64,000 nt of DNA, from IMG/VR virus record IMGVR_UViG_3300010413_000010, positions 1 to 64,000 of that record, one strand, 5' to 3'. Shown piece by piece: positions 1 through 9,146 of the stretch (the stretch's first letter is position 1; every line of letters starts with the position of its first letter). The stretch is from a virus. The position numbers were made by a program, and so were the translations under genes. Below the pieces are notes generated by a model, which was not told the DNA's origin, searched no databases, and saw nothing but the letters and a program-made list of their open reading frames with translations.

Positions 1-373
1 AACCGAAACGAGACCGGCGGGAAATCGACCAAGCCCCATAATACAGAATATAGAACCGGGAAGACTCCCGGCTCCGGCCTACCGTCTGCGGATTTCCTGA
101 AAAGTAGACTAAATTTCCCTTTAGTCTACTCCCAGGGCTGCCTGAAAGTTAGGGGAGGCGAAGCAAGTTAGTCGCCCCTAAACAACGCTTTCGCTAACTG
201 GACCCCGGAATTTTTTAATAATTTTGGACTCCCTACGGGCCGTTTTTTTAAAAAGGAGTAGAGGCCCACCGGTTTGGCATTAGTACTTCTGTGTTCATAC
301 TGACTATCTTACCCTAAAATTTTTTATAAGTAAATTCCTCTCTCTTTTGGGGTTTTCTGGTATACTTCTTTTT

Positions 374-544
374 ATGAACGAAGTTAAAAACGCCGTCATA
401 CAGATGCAGAATGTTCAGCCTATTGAACATATTGATTGCCCTTACTGTGATGAACCACTGCTGGTAGGAACTGAGACCGTGATCGCTGTAGTCACCTGCT
501 CTCATTGTGGGTTAACCTTTTCGTTCTGCAGGGATAGTGTATGA
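374..544 (+). CDS. small zinc-ribbon protein (CPYC...CSHC)
   Basis: Two CxxC motifs; ATG 374 lies 7 nt after TATACT (361-366). Confidence 0.6.
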   Translation: MNEVKNAVIQMQNVQPIEHIDCPYCDEPLLVGTETVIAVVTCSHCGLTFSFCRDSV

Positions 545-807
545 ACGAAATCACATTACCCCAGGATTTGTCGACTCTTGGGAACCGTTACTTTTATGAA
601 CATGCCGATGAGAATGGTCTTTCTCTTCTGACTCCTGAATACGAGATTGCCCTTTCTAAAACTGATCCTGTACTGGGGCAGAAGATTGTTGATATCTGCT
701 GGACTGCTGACCGGGACGGGGAGATGTTCAAGATTGAGATGGATAATGGAAAACAGATCGAGGTCTACTTAAACGCTGACGGAAAGATTGAGATCAGTAG
801 CGATTAG
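541..807 (+). CDS. hypothetical acidic protein
   Basis: ATGA overlap with upstream gene; 88-aa ORF. Confidence 0.55.
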   Translation: MNEITLPQDLSTLGNRYFYEHADENGLSLLTPEYEIALSKTDPVLGQKIVDICWTADRDGEMFKIEMDNGKQIEVYLNADGKIEISSD

Positions 808-870
808 ATTTACCTCCTCCAGTCCTCCGTGGTATACTACTGGAGCAATTAAACAAACGGAGGATAAAAA

Positions 871-1245
871 ATGGAAGTTAGAATTTCAGAAACCTTTATA
901 CCGGATTATGGAGTATTGTGCTGCGCCAGTTGTGGTAGCCCTTTTCTTCACCATATTCGAGCGGAAGCTTTCTCTCGGATGGAAGACAGTGAAACAGGTT
1001 TTCATATCCGAACCCAGAATCTCACAAAAGTGAATTCTCCTGAAGGAGAGGTTTTTAATGAAGTTACTACCGACTGGGAGGCTTCGATTGATATGAACAT
1101 GGCCGGGAATCCGAGTGCGCGCCGTTCTGGAGTCTTGATCACTTTTTACTGTGAAGAATGTGAAGACTTAACTGTTCTTTCTATCTTCCAGCATAAGGGG
1201 AATACTCTATTAGAAACTGAAGTGCTGAAGAAAGACCGGTCATAG
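871..1245 (+). CDS. hypothetical Zn-binding phage protein
   Basis: SD GGAGG; CASC and CEEC motifs. Confidence 0.65.
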   Translation: MEVRISETFIPDYGVLCCASCGSPFLHHIRAEAFSRMEDSETGFHIRTQNLTKVNSPEGEVFNEVTTDWEASIDMNMAGNPSARRSGVLITFYCEECEDLTVLSIFQHKGNTLLETEVLKKDRS

Positions 1246-1294
1246 AATGGGTCCTTCTGTTGTTCGTTCCCCTTACCAATGGAGTAATTTACCT

Positions 1295-1582
1295 ATGAGT
1301 GACCAAACTTGTATACACTGCAGGAAACTTTTTGAAGGGAGTAAAAACCGGAAACCAAAGGGGAGCTATCTCCCCGAGGGTTTTCTCTGTAAAGATTGCA
1401 TGGAGTTGAAGATCGATGTATGGCGGGTAGTAGTGGGTGGTGCTTCTCTGTGCGGTAAGACCAAAGAAGAAGCTCTGATTGTTGTGGATCACTTGATGGA
1501 TAAAGTCGGTCCGGCAGTGTCTGTGCAGCATGTTCTTATGCCAGCGCTTGACTACTACTCTTTAGACGACTTGACGGGATAG
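1295..1582 (+). CDS. Zn-finger protein, paralog of 8832..9107
   Basis: CIHC..CKDC followed by VWRVVVG, shared with 8832..9107. Confidence 0.6.
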   Translation: MSDQTCIHCRKLFEGSKNRKPKGSYLPEGFLCKDCMELKIDVWRVVVGGASLCGKTKEEALIVVDHLMDKVGPAVSVQHVLMPALDYYSLDDLTG

Positions 1583-1649
1583 TTTTCCCTGTACTCTCTC
1601 CTTTTTATAAAACTACCCCTTAATACCAGTCTCTGATATACTGCTGATT

Positions 1650-2069
1650 ATGAAGAAGCGAAAAGAGACTGTTAGACTAGTTGATCCTAAAACCGGGGAA
1701 CCCGTACATGATGCCACGAAAACATTTAACGGGGTGGATTTCCATTGGTGCGCTCCAGGGCATCTCCCTCCACTGGATCACACCTTGATGGTATTTAGGC
1801 CAATGGAATTTGAAAACAAAGCCGATGGTGGGAGTGTTGTAGCTGCTGAAGAGTATCTTGTAGAGCTGTGGTATGTAGAGCCTGGAATCGCCTGTACCTA
1901 TTATGCGCTGAAGGACTACGATAGCGATTTGGATTTCCACCCACAGGCGGAGGGGCTTTTCTACGCTGTAGTTGACAGAGAGACGGTGTTAAAATTCACT
2001 ACCGAAGGGCAGTATGAGCATTTTCTAGACTTGAAGAGGGAGGATGAGAGACAGTATGAACCCCAATAA
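1650..2069 (+). CDS. hypothetical protein (leaderless)
   Basis: 139-aa ORF; TGaTATACT 7 nt upstream of ATG. Confidence 0.6.
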   Translation: MKKRKETVRLVDPKTGEPVHDATKTFNGVDFHWCAPGHLPPLDHTLMVFRPMEFENKADGGSVVAAEEYLVELWYVEPGIACTYYALKDYDSDLDFHPQAEGLFYAVVDRETVLKFTTEGQYEHFLDLKREDERQYEPQ

Positions 2070-2238
2070 AAAAGTTCTATTACTGGGTGCGGTTATTTTT
2101 GATTGCGTTGTTATTGCATATTACCTGGGTTCTCTACGGCTTCCGGCATTCTGGATGAAGGTAACACTTGGTGTTGGTTTTGCTGTCAGTGTTGGAGCTC
2201 TTGTGCCTTTTATCGTTAGGAAGATCGATAAGCTTTAA
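2044..2238 (+). CDS. small 2-TM membrane protein
   Basis: Two hydrophobic segments and a basic C-terminus. Confidence 0.55.
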   Translation: MRDSMNPNKKVLLLGAVIFDCVVIAYYLGSLRLPAFWMKVTLGVGFAVSVGALVPFIVRKIDKL

Positions 2239-2465
2239 CTCCTCTCCCGATACTCCCGATTATAAGCATCGACATGCTCTTTGTTTTCTCGTCTCCACCT
2301 GCGGTTATACTCTCTGCAGTGTTCGATATTTTTATCTCTCCATGCTTTTTTAGCGATCCTTTTACAGTCTTTACAACGGCTGTCTTTTCCGTACCGGCCG
2401 AGCCGACTTTTGGAGAAGTATTCCAGAGGTTTTTCGATGTGGCAAATCGTACAAGTTTTTTTCAT
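2235..2465 (-). CDS. Zn-binding protein resembling the N-terminal module of phage HNH endonucleases, with no nuclease domain
   Basis: KTCTICHIEKPLEYF...SRCKDC plus a basic helix. Confidence 0.55.
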   Translation of the reverse strand: MKKTCTICHIEKPLEYFSKSRLGRYGKDSRCKDCKRIAKKAWRDKNIEHCREYNRRWRRENKEHVDAYNREYRERS

Positions 2466-2866
2466 AGGTAACTTTTTTCCTTATGGCCGTCGCTTATTAT
2501 GAGGACGGTCACCGTCGACTTTAAATAGCGTACAGGGCTACCCACAAATGAGGCTGAGTTGATATCTTTCTTTATCGGTTTTACCCAGATGTGCGTGTCA
2601 TCTTCTTGGAAGAAAATACCGATAGAATCGTGGTCCTGGGGCTCAGAATAGGTGTCTTTGATCTCCTCTTTTAGCTTAATGTGGAGGAGTGTTGGTTGGA
2701 GTTGTTCGATCAGTGCTTCCATCTGATCGACTATGGTGGTTGTGTCCTCAGTGCTTTTGGCAGCAGCATCAAGCGCGGCGTGTATGGACTTATAGGTTCG
2801 CCGTATTCTTAGTAAAGCAAAGGTACTGAAGGTGAGAGCTGAAAAGGAGAAAATCAGAGTTATCAT
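2462..2866 (-). CDS. membrane-anchored hypothetical protein (leaderless)
   Basis: N-terminal hydrophobic helix; TAGACT 7 nt before ATG. Confidence 0.55.
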   Translation of the reverse strand: MITLIFSFSALTFSTFALLRIRRTYKSIHAALDAAAKSTEDTTTIVDQMEALIEQLQPTLLHIKLKEEIKDTYSEPQDHDSIGIFFQEDDTHIWVKPIKKDINSASFVGSPVRYLKSTVTVLIISDGHKEKSYL

Positions 2867-2911
2867 GTACTTTAGTCTATACCTATAAGAAGGGAGGTGT
2901 AAAGTTGTTTT

Positions 2912-3235
2912 CTATGTGTCTTGAAAGCCACCTTCTTCAAATTCCAGACACTCTTCGGTTGTTCTCTGCCATAGCTGGAAGTAGTACATGAACCGCTGTT
3001 GGGGCTTTGTGAAGGTTCCGCCATTGTTGGCGAAGACTAAAATGTAGGGGATGTCTACAATCCCGCCCATTGCCCCCATAGGGATTCCTTCAATTTCTCG
3101 TTGGTAAGGGGAACAATTATTTCCGGGAGAGGCTTTCATGGCGAAGATGAAAGGAGAGTCGGTTTCTATGATGTTGTACTGGGCTCTTTCCTCTGCGTAG
3201 GCCAGGGCGTTCTTAATGTATTCTACAAAGTTCAT
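2912..3235 (-). CDS. hypothetical protein
   Basis: Abuts 3236..3592 in the same operon. Confidence 0.5.
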   Translation of the reverse strand: MNFVEYIKNALAYAEERAQYNIIETDSPFIFAMKASPGNNCSPYQREIEGIPMGAMGGIVDIPYILVFANNGGTFTKPQQRFMYYFQLWQRTTEECLEFEEGGFQDT

Positions 3236-3592
3236 CTAATTCTCCCACCAGCCGGTCAGAGAGTTGCGGAGGTCTTCGCTCTCATGGAGTGGCCCCCACA
3301 CATCTTCTAAAGAGAGAAAAAGAGATCGCTGGACTTCCGGGTGTTCTTTTACCCAGGCTTGAACTGCAGCTCTCTTCTCTATTGGGTTATCAGAGGCAAG
3401 ACCACAGTCAAGAAAACCGTCAACAAGGCGCTCATTCATAGTGCAGGAGGTACGGCAATTATGTTTCTCTACAACTGATATCCAGTCATCCAGCAATTTG
3501 TCGCGGTCAGTGGTGTCAAAAGTGAAGGCGAACCAGCAGCCGAGTTCTAAGTATTCACCCTTATGCAGTTTCTTTCTCAGTCTTTTCTTCAT
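3236..3592 (-). CDS. YggL/DUF469 family (putative 50S ribosome-binding) protein
   Basis: N-terminal KKRLRKKLHKGEYLELG and C-terminal RAAVQAWVKEHPEV...LEDVW typical of YggL. Confidence 0.75.
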   Translation of the reverse strand: MKKRLRKKLHKGEYLELGCWFAFTFDTTDRDKLLDDWISVVEKHNCRTSCTMNERLVDGFLDCGLASDNPIEKRAAVQAWVKEHPEVQRSLFLSLEDVWGPLHESEDLRNSLTGWWEN

Positions 3593-4275
3593 CTGTTTTT
3601 CCTGTAGATATAGAGATTATCATGAATCCCCCACCAGGAGGGGAGATGTACTACGTCTACTTCTTCACAGTTTTCATCAAGGTACGAGTGGAAGTCGTCA
3701 TCTGCGGTACAGCCACCTCTGCCTTCTCCGACATAGAAAACTACTCGCCCAGGCTGTAGAGCCTGGATAACCTCATGTGCCCAGGTCTCATCGTAGGAAG
3801 GCCAACTGATGAATAAGTCGCGTTCCGGGTATTTCTCGACAGCTTCTACCCCCTGCAATTCCTCTATACGGTCAAAATGAGACCATACCCATTTCTCAGG
3901 ATTGATGTCAGTGGCGATGATATCAGCACCTTTTACCTGGAGGGTCCTTTCAAGGAAACCGGTTCCGGCGCCGACAGATAGAAGTTTTGTTGAGATCGAT
4001 AGTACCTTCTCTGTTGCCTCATTGCTCCATAAAGGGAATCCGTAACGGCGAATGTATTTACGCCGTACCATATGAGAGAAGGGGCTGAAATTCATGGAAA
4101 AGAAGTTCCGTTCGAGGTAGGTTTTGTCAGTGAGGGATAAGATGAGTTTATCCCAGTCGCCGGTTTTCTTAATTTCGTCGCAGAGGTCCTCAAGGAGATT
4201 CGCCTCCTCGTTCAGAAATTCTGCTAACCGGGGAAGGTCTTTCATCAAGTCAAGTTCAGCTTGAAGGTTATCCAT
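3589..4275 (-). CDS. class I SAM-dependent methyltransferase-like protein
   Basis: LLSVGAGTGFLE motif I, IIATD, LFISWP, YVGE..GGCTA. Confidence 0.7.
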   Translation of the reverse strand: MDNLQAELDLMKDLPRLAEFLNEEANLLEDLCDEIKKTGDWDKLILSLTDKTYLERNFFSMNFSPFSHMVRRKYIRRYGFPLWSNEATEKVLSISTKLLSVGAGTGFLERTLQVKGADIIATDINPEKWVWSHFDRIEELQGVEAVEKYPERDLFISWPSYDETWAHEVIQALQPGRVVFYVGEGRGGCTADDDFHSYLDENCEEVDVVHLPSWWGIHDNLYIYRKNR

Positions 4276-4339
4276 GGGGGTATTTTACTTTAAAAGAGAT
4301 ATTAAGTAAATTCTTTCTCTTTAGGGGTGTCGCTGCTTT

Positions 4340-4861
4340 TTAGTCTTCTGCGCTATTTCCCCATTTCTCCGCTTCTTTACGGGCTGCTTCCATTAGAGGT
4401 AAACCTTGAATTACCATTTCACATCTTTCAACCATTTTTTTGTAGCGTTCATACGTCTGTTGAAGTTTTTCAGGATCGTAGCGCCTTAAAACTCTGATTC
4501 CCCCAACAATTGAATTACAGGGGCGACAATAGTAGGACGTTCCTCCCTGCTTACTTCCTTTCTTTGTTGCCCGATTTTCATCGGTTAAGACAACTCCGCA
4601 GATTGAACATTTGCGGACAAGGTTTTTCTGCTCTGGCGGGGTGTAACGAAAGAGTTCAACGCGGTGGTAAACTCGGTGTATTCCGCCAGGGAAAAGGACT
4701 CTAAGTTTAAGATTCTCAGAGTGCGTAACAGTTCCGATGTTTCCTGCTTCGTTATAGAGAACGGGGAATCCTCGATCCTCTCTATATCTTTTCGGTCGTA
4801 TTTTGACTTGTTCACCGACATTGATCTTGTAGAGTTGGGAATATGAACGTTTCTTTTTCAT
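4340..4861 (-). CDS. hypothetical protein with CxxC Zn finger
   Basis: CSICG...YCRPC; TTGACA-17-TAATTT promoter 6 nt upstream of ATG. Confidence 0.55.
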   Translation of the reverse strand: MKKKRSYSQLYKINVGEQVKIRPKRYREDRGFPVLYNEAGNIGTVTHSENLKLRVLFPGGIHRVYHRVELFRYTPPEQKNLVRKCSICGVVLTDENRATKKGSKQGGTSYYCRPCNSIVGGIRVLRRYDPEKLQQTYERYKKMVERCEMVIQGLPLMEAARKEAEKWGNSAED

Positions 4862-4901
4862 GTAATTAAATTATTACAGAAAAAAACAAGTGTCAATCCG
4901 T

Positions 4902-5093
4902 TTATGACAACCTCATGTAGACGATATTTAAGAGTTCGTGATCTTGATCAATCAGCCCCATGTATTTCTTAAAAGCTTCAGGGGGCTGAAATTCAGTAAG
5001 AAGTTTTGGGTACTCGTCCAGGAGCTCTTTGATCTCAGTACGGAGCTTTTCGCGGGCAGCTGAGACTTCATAGAGGTTCATTGATTTTTCCAC
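4902..5093 (-). CDS. small helical protein, paralog of 9938..10117
   Basis: Shared EI..LL..Y..LL....PP....KYM.L.DQ pattern. Confidence 0.6.
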   Translation of the reverse strand: MEKSMNLYEVSAAREKLRTEIKELLDEYPKLLTEFQPPEAFKKYMGLIDQDHELLNIVYMRLS

Positions 5094-5376
5094 TTTCCTT
5101 TTCCATCCATTTCTGGCCCAAGAGAAAGCCTAACCAGGCACTGTTGATGTTATCATCACTGAAAAACTTTCCGTCGAACTGAATATGTTCAGAAACAAGA
5201 AATTGAAGCTCAAAAGCTTTCTTTGCACGTTGGATAAACGGGCCGTCGGTAAATACAGCTTCTGTATCAACCATACGGTTTATTTCAGCAATCAGCATCT
5301 TCCTGAAGTGTAGGCTACTGTCATCTTGGGTTTTCCAGATAAAGTCTTTCAATTCGTGTGCTTCTTTTTCAGTCAT
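5068..5376 (-). CDS. hypothetical protein (leaderless)
   Basis: TTTACA-17-TACACT, then ATG after 6 nt. Confidence 0.55.
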   Translation of the reverse strand: MTEKEAHELKDFIWKTQDDSSLHFRKMLIAEINRMVDTEAVFTDGPFIQRAKKAFELQFLVSEHIQFDGKFFSDDNINSAWLGFLLGQKWMEKESGKINEPL

Positions 5377-5412
5377 ACAGAGAGTGTACCAGAAGGTCGT
5401 AGTTTTGTAAAT

Positions 5413-6069
5413 TTAAGCCCTCTTCTCGACTGCTACTGCAGGATCGATGAAGTAGAAGTCGCGGTTTGGCCCCTGGTTCCTCCCATTGTTTAAGAAGTTA
5501 CGGATGCACTTGGTGGATACTCCAGCGAATTTGGCAGCTTCTGTCATCGTCTTGAAGTGTCGAATTACTCCTGTCCCAGCGATAAGTACATCGACAGGGC
5601 GGGGTTTGTTTTGATTCTTGTTGCCTTTCATCGAATTGAGCCCCGTTTCCCTGGCGTGACGGGCGTTTTCCTTCTCTGTAACCCACTCAAGGTTGGTGGC
5701 ACTGTTGTCGTATTTATCACCGTTTTTGTGGTTTACACAGGGCTTATTCTCTGGGTTCGGGACGAAAGCCAGGGCAACAAGCTTATGAATAAATGTTGCC
5801 CACTCGTGGGGGTTGCTCTTCAGCCGGATTCTGTAGTAGCCGGTGTTATTGGTTTTGTCCGGTTTCATGAAGTTCCCTCTACGGGTGTTTTTTACTCTTC
5901 CAAGAGAAGAAACGTGGTAGTGCTCATAGTGTTCGGCTGGGACGGGTCTCCATTCTTCTGGTTTTAAAATGCTTTTAGTTTCCACCTCTTCCTCCTTAAA
6001 ACCACCCCTGAGATGGAGGTGGCCTTTAAGCCGGGTGAGGTGGTTTAGTTGTGAGATTGTTTTGCCCAA
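5413..6069 (-). CDS. free-standing HNH homing endonuclease (NUMOD4-HNH-NUMOD1 type)
   Basis: EEWRPV..YHVSSLGRVKN, HKLVALAF, VNHKNGDKYDNSATNLEWVT..EN, FKTMTEAAKF; start codon uncertain. Confidence 0.85.
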   Translation of the reverse strand: MGKTISQLNHLTRLKGHLHLRGGFKEEEVETKSILKPEEWRPVPAEHYEHYHVSSLGRVKNTRRGNFMKPDKTNNTGYYRIRLKSNPHEWATFIHKLVALAFVPNPENKPCVNHKNGDKYDNSATNLEWVTEKENARHARETGLNSMKGNKNQNKPRPVDVLIAGTGVIRHFKTMTEAAKFAGVSTKCIRNFLNNGRNQGPNRDFYFIDPAVAVEKRA

Positions 6070-6087
6070 CGTGGGGCCTGATAGTGT

Positions 6088-6136
6088 AAAAAAAGAGACC
6101 TCTCGCCGGGTATGGCAAAAGGTCTCTGGTAAATGT
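6088..6136 (-). ncRNA. candidate short transcript or attenuator (promoter, 14-bp hairpin, U tract) upstream of the HNH gene
   Basis: Minus-strand TTGACA(6171-6166)-17-TAACCT(6148-6143); hairpin AGAGACCUUUUGCC/GGCGAGAGGUCUCU followed by a U run. Confidence 0.45.
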
Positions 6137-6227
6137 ATTTTTAGGTTACTCCAAAACCTCTAATATGTCAACATTTTTTTGTCGAACTTTTCGTCCCTTT
6201 TTTCGTATAATAAGGTGGAGGTGAAAA

Positions 6228-6404
6228 ATGTATCATTGCCCGTTTGGTAAAGGCTATGTGGAGCTCTTCCCCTACTTAGAGGAGAGCCTCTGTAACATAG
6301 GGTTGTTCTGTGAGGCAGAGTGTCCCTATTCGTATGACCACGAGAAAGAGGAGGAGTTCTACACCTGGCTATGGGACGGAGTTATAGAAGGGGATTTCGG
6401 TTGA
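6228..6404 (+). CDS. 58-aa acidic Cys-containing protein (absent from ORF track)
   Basis: TATAAT, SD GGAGGTG, MYHCPFGKGYVELF...GDFG*. Confidence 0.55.
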   Translation: MYHCPFGKGYVELFPYLEESLCNIGLFCEAECPYSYDHEKEEEFYTWLWDGVIEGDFG

Positions 6405-6435
6405 AAACCTAGTGTATTTTGGTATACTGATAAGC

Positions 6436-7179
6436 ATGAATGAAAAAATCAACATTGATCCTGTAGATGGTGTAAGAATAGTTGAGTCTGTGAGTGAGTT
6501 TGATTTCTATGAGAAGGAACCAAAATCGTTTCAGGGATGGTTTTATGAGCACCATCCGAATCTGTATCAATTTCTAATATTCCAGATTCCAGGATACCTG
6601 CGGGAAGTGCAGTACTTGTTACAGCGTTGGTTTCGTCGGCATCATATGAGTGATAACCAGCTCTACGGGTTTGGACCTTACATGGCAAAAATACTCTTGC
6701 CAAAACTCAAGACACTAAGAGCCCTGGAAGTTAGTCAAATTCCTCCCGATTTCTATGAACTGGCCGAGCTACCTATGGTGACGTTAGAGCAGTATGAAAA
6801 AGCTCGTGCCGAAGGCAAAATTCTTGGAACAGGGAAAGTGGGCTGGTTAGAAACTATTGAAGAAATGATTTATGCTTTTGAGTTCTTACTGTACCATGAG
6901 TCGGGTGATAAGAAACAAGAGGCTTTTTATAAGAAGTATGGGCTGGTAGACCCCTACGCAGAAGTAGAAGATAATGCCTTCTGGAGCTATCACTGCACCA
7001 ACCCAACCGGGGACTACGTCGGATGTGGACCAAGCGACTACGAGAGAGTAAAGAATGATTCAAGATACGTTATTCATGGTAAAACCAAAGAATACTGTAA
7101 TCTCAAGGCAATTAGGCAGAACTGGATGCGGGCGACGAAGGGGCTACAGCTTTTTGGGAAGTACTTTTGGGCTCTGTAG
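6436..7179 (+). CDS. conserved-type hypothetical phage protein (leaderless)
   Basis: W.E.IEEMIYAFE and GLQLFGKYF motifs common in phage proteins; ATG 7 nt after TATACT. Confidence 0.65.
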   Translation: MNEKINIDPVDGVRIVESVSEFDFYEKEPKSFQGWFYEHHPNLYQFLIFQIPGYLREVQYLLQRWFRRHHMSDNQLYGFGPYMAKILLPKLKTLRALEVSQIPPDFYELAELPMVTLEQYEKARAEGKILGTGKVGWLETIEEMIYAFEFLLYHESGDKKQEAFYKKYGLVDPYAEVEDNAFWSYHCTNPTGDYVGCGPSDYERVKNDSRYVIHGKTKEYCNLKAIRQNWMRATKGLQLFGKYFWAL

Positions 7180-7196
7180 GTTGATTAGGGGAGACT

Positions 7197-7460
7197 ATGA
7201 CGTGTGCTAATTGTGGAAGAGAATGTGGGGGAGCTCCTGCCGGATTTTACACCGACAGCCATTACTACTGTATGGCATGTGAGTCTGCAGCACTGCAGCG
7301 CCGGATGTTTGAACGTTCCTTCGGGAGACCGAAGAATTACTTCAAGTTATCTTATGAAACTCAATGGGACATCGATGATAAACTCGGTATCTTGGACTGG
7401 GACGAAAAGATTCTGACTCCAGAGGATCGAAAAAGGTTCGATGAGCATTATGATAAATAG
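7197..7460 (+). CDS. hypothetical Zn-finger protein
   Basis: CANC..CMAC; SD GGGGAG. Confidence 0.55.
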   Translation: MTCANCGRECGGAPAGFYTDSHYYCMACESAALQRRMFERSFGRPKNYFKLSYETQWDIDDKLGILDWDEKILTPEDRKRFDEHYDK

Positions 7461-7902
7461 CGAAGTAACTGGAGACCTCTTAAAGTGTGCTGAAGAAGGC
7501 CGATACGATCTGATAGTTCATGGCTGTAACTGCTTTCATACTATGGGGGCCGGGATCGCAAAGCAGATCAAAAAGCAATATCCTGGAGCGTACTTGGTGG
7601 ACATAAGTCATACCATTAAAAGTGATAGTTCCAAGCTTGGGTTTTATACTTTCTATGATACTGGGTATTTCCTAATTGTAAATGCGTACACTCAGTACGA
7701 TTTCAGAGGACGTAACAATGTTGATTACCGGGCGATCCGAACAGTGTTTGCACGGCTGAACCGGGATTACGCCGGTAAGATGGCCGGAATTCCCATGATC
7801 GGCGCCGGACTCGCCGGGGGAGATTGGGGTAGGATTGCGGCCATCATCAACCAAGTTACCCCTGATCTGAGTATAGAATTGGTGCGGTACAGGAGCGCAT
7901 GA
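7441..7902 (+). CDS. macrodomain (Appr-1-p processing / ADP-ribosylhydrolase) protein, copy 1
   Basis: GDLL, IVHGCNCFHTMGAGIA, IVNAYTQY, PMIGAGLAGGDW. Confidence 0.9.
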   Translation: MSIMINSEVTGDLLKCAEEGRYDLIVHGCNCFHTMGAGIAKQIKKQYPGAYLVDISHTIKSDSSKLGFYTFYDTGYFLIVNAYTQYDFRGRNNVDYRAIRTVFARLNRDYAGKMAGIPMIGAGLAGGDWGRIAAIINQVTPDLSIELVRYRSA

Positions 7903-7945
7903 ATTCGGGTTTCTCATAAAGTGCGGTTTGTGGTATCATGTCTGT

Positions 7946-8128
7946 ATGGTTAAAATAGAAAAGTCTGTTCGTGATTTTCTTTTCAGCGTAGCCTACATTT
8001 TTGCTTTAAGCGTACTTGGTACTCTCATTTGGATCATACCGAAACCTGTGGCAATTGGCTTGCTTATTGTAGGATTTGTCGCCGGTGGTCTGGTTCTTCA
8101 CCGGATAATTGATAGGAAGAGAAAATGA
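7946..8128 (+). CDS. small 2-TM membrane protein (leaderless)
   Basis: Two hydrophobic helices; TGgTATCAT 6 nt before ATG. Confidence 0.55.
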   Translation: MVKIEKSVRDFLFSVAYIFALSVLGTLIWIIPKPVAIGLLIVGFVAGGLVLHRIIDRKRK

Positions 8129-8310
8129 AGAAAAAGCAAATGCTGATCTTTCTAGCTTTTTTACCAATACAAACAACTATTGTGATACTTATAACACAGA
8201 GAATTGGGAATCTGTGGATTACAGCTCCGCTGTCTGGCTTGATTGGGTTTTCATTCGGGTTTGTGATTCATAGGGTAGTACGTAAAACAGTTCAGCAAAC
8301 AGAGGAGTAA
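8125..8310 (+). CDS. small 2-TM membrane protein
   Basis: ATGA overlap; two hydrophobic helices. Confidence 0.55.
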   Translation: MKKKQMLIFLAFLPIQTTIVILITQRIGNLWITAPLSGLIGFSFGFVIHRVVRKTVQQTEE

Positions 8311-8312
8311 AA

Positions 8313-8831
8313 ATGGAACACACACATGGGAACTACAAAGGTAAGGTTCTAAACCAGATAAACTTTTATTATGATGATGAAGAAAACCTTCCGTGGCTGG
8401 TCTGCCGGAAGAACGATTCTGGGTATGTGCTTGCTGAGGTATATCTAGGAGGAGAGGAGGAGCCGAAGGGGGTAGGAACAGAATCAATTACAGCGGCTGC
8501 TGCGTGGCTTCTGAAAACGTATGACTACAAGGTAATTAAAGACATTATGCCAATTAGTGCCTTTATTACCGTAAGTACCTACGAGCAGGGAAGAGAATTC
8601 GACCTCTGCCCTGTGTGTCGAAACAATACCGAAATGCCCCTCATGCGAGTACGTCTATGGAGTGACACTTTTACTGAAAAGCTAATAGCGGGAAAAATTG
8701 AGCTGAAAGATGTGAAACCAAGAGATTTCCATTCGGAGATACACACTGTAATTGGTGACAATCTGGTGATGTATATTCGACAGTACGTCGACGGCGAGAG
8801 CATGACGGCTGATAAATGGAAGAAGAAATAA
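8313..8831 (+). CDS. hypothetical protein
   Basis: SD GAGGAG; 172-aa ORF. Confidence 0.6.
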   Translation: MEHTHGNYKGKVLNQINFYYDDEENLPWLVCRKNDSGYVLAEVYLGGEEEPKGVGTESITAAAAWLLKTYDYKVIKDIMPISAFITVSTYEQGREFDLCPVCRNNTEMPLMRVRLWSDTFTEKLIAGKIELKDVKPRDFHSEIHTVIGDNLVMYIRQYVDGESMTADKWKKK

Positions 8832-9107
8832 ATGGAGTGCCTCCACTGCCAACGTGAGATAGATGAAAACGGATCGAGTTATTCGCTGGAATGGGGAGGG
8901 TATATATGTGCTCAGTGCAGTGACTTGGAGATGACCGTCTGGAGAGTTTTGGTAGGTAAAACCACTTTGATCGTTGCAAGTAAAGGGGAGGCGATGGAGA
9001 TTTTAGAGCGCCTCCCAGAAGCTGAAAAAGCCACTACAATCATTGAGCCTGTTTATATGAGCGTTATAGATTTCTATAAGATAGAGGACCTCTTTGAGGA
9101 GGAATAA
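8832..9107 (+). CDS. Zn-finger protein, paralog of 1295..1582
   Basis: CLHC..CAQC, VWRVLVG. Confidence 0.6.
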   Translation: MECLHCQREIDENGSSYSLEWGGYICAQCSDLEMTVWRVLVGKTTLIVASKGEAMEILERLPEAEKATTIIEPVYMSVIDFYKIEDLFEEE

Positions 9108-9146
9108 ATTCTCGACATGTGAGAATAGGGACGGTATAATGCCCAC

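Noticed and set aside
5413-6069. HNH gene as part of an intron
   Set aside because: Flanks show no interrupted host gene and no group I core motifs
7165-7190. Possible TAG recoding: gene ends FGKYFWAL-TAG-VD-TAG where similar proteins often end LWD
   Set aside because: Other TAG stops mark clean gene ends and the long genes are uninterrupted; a single TGG-to-TAG change or a natural end is simpler
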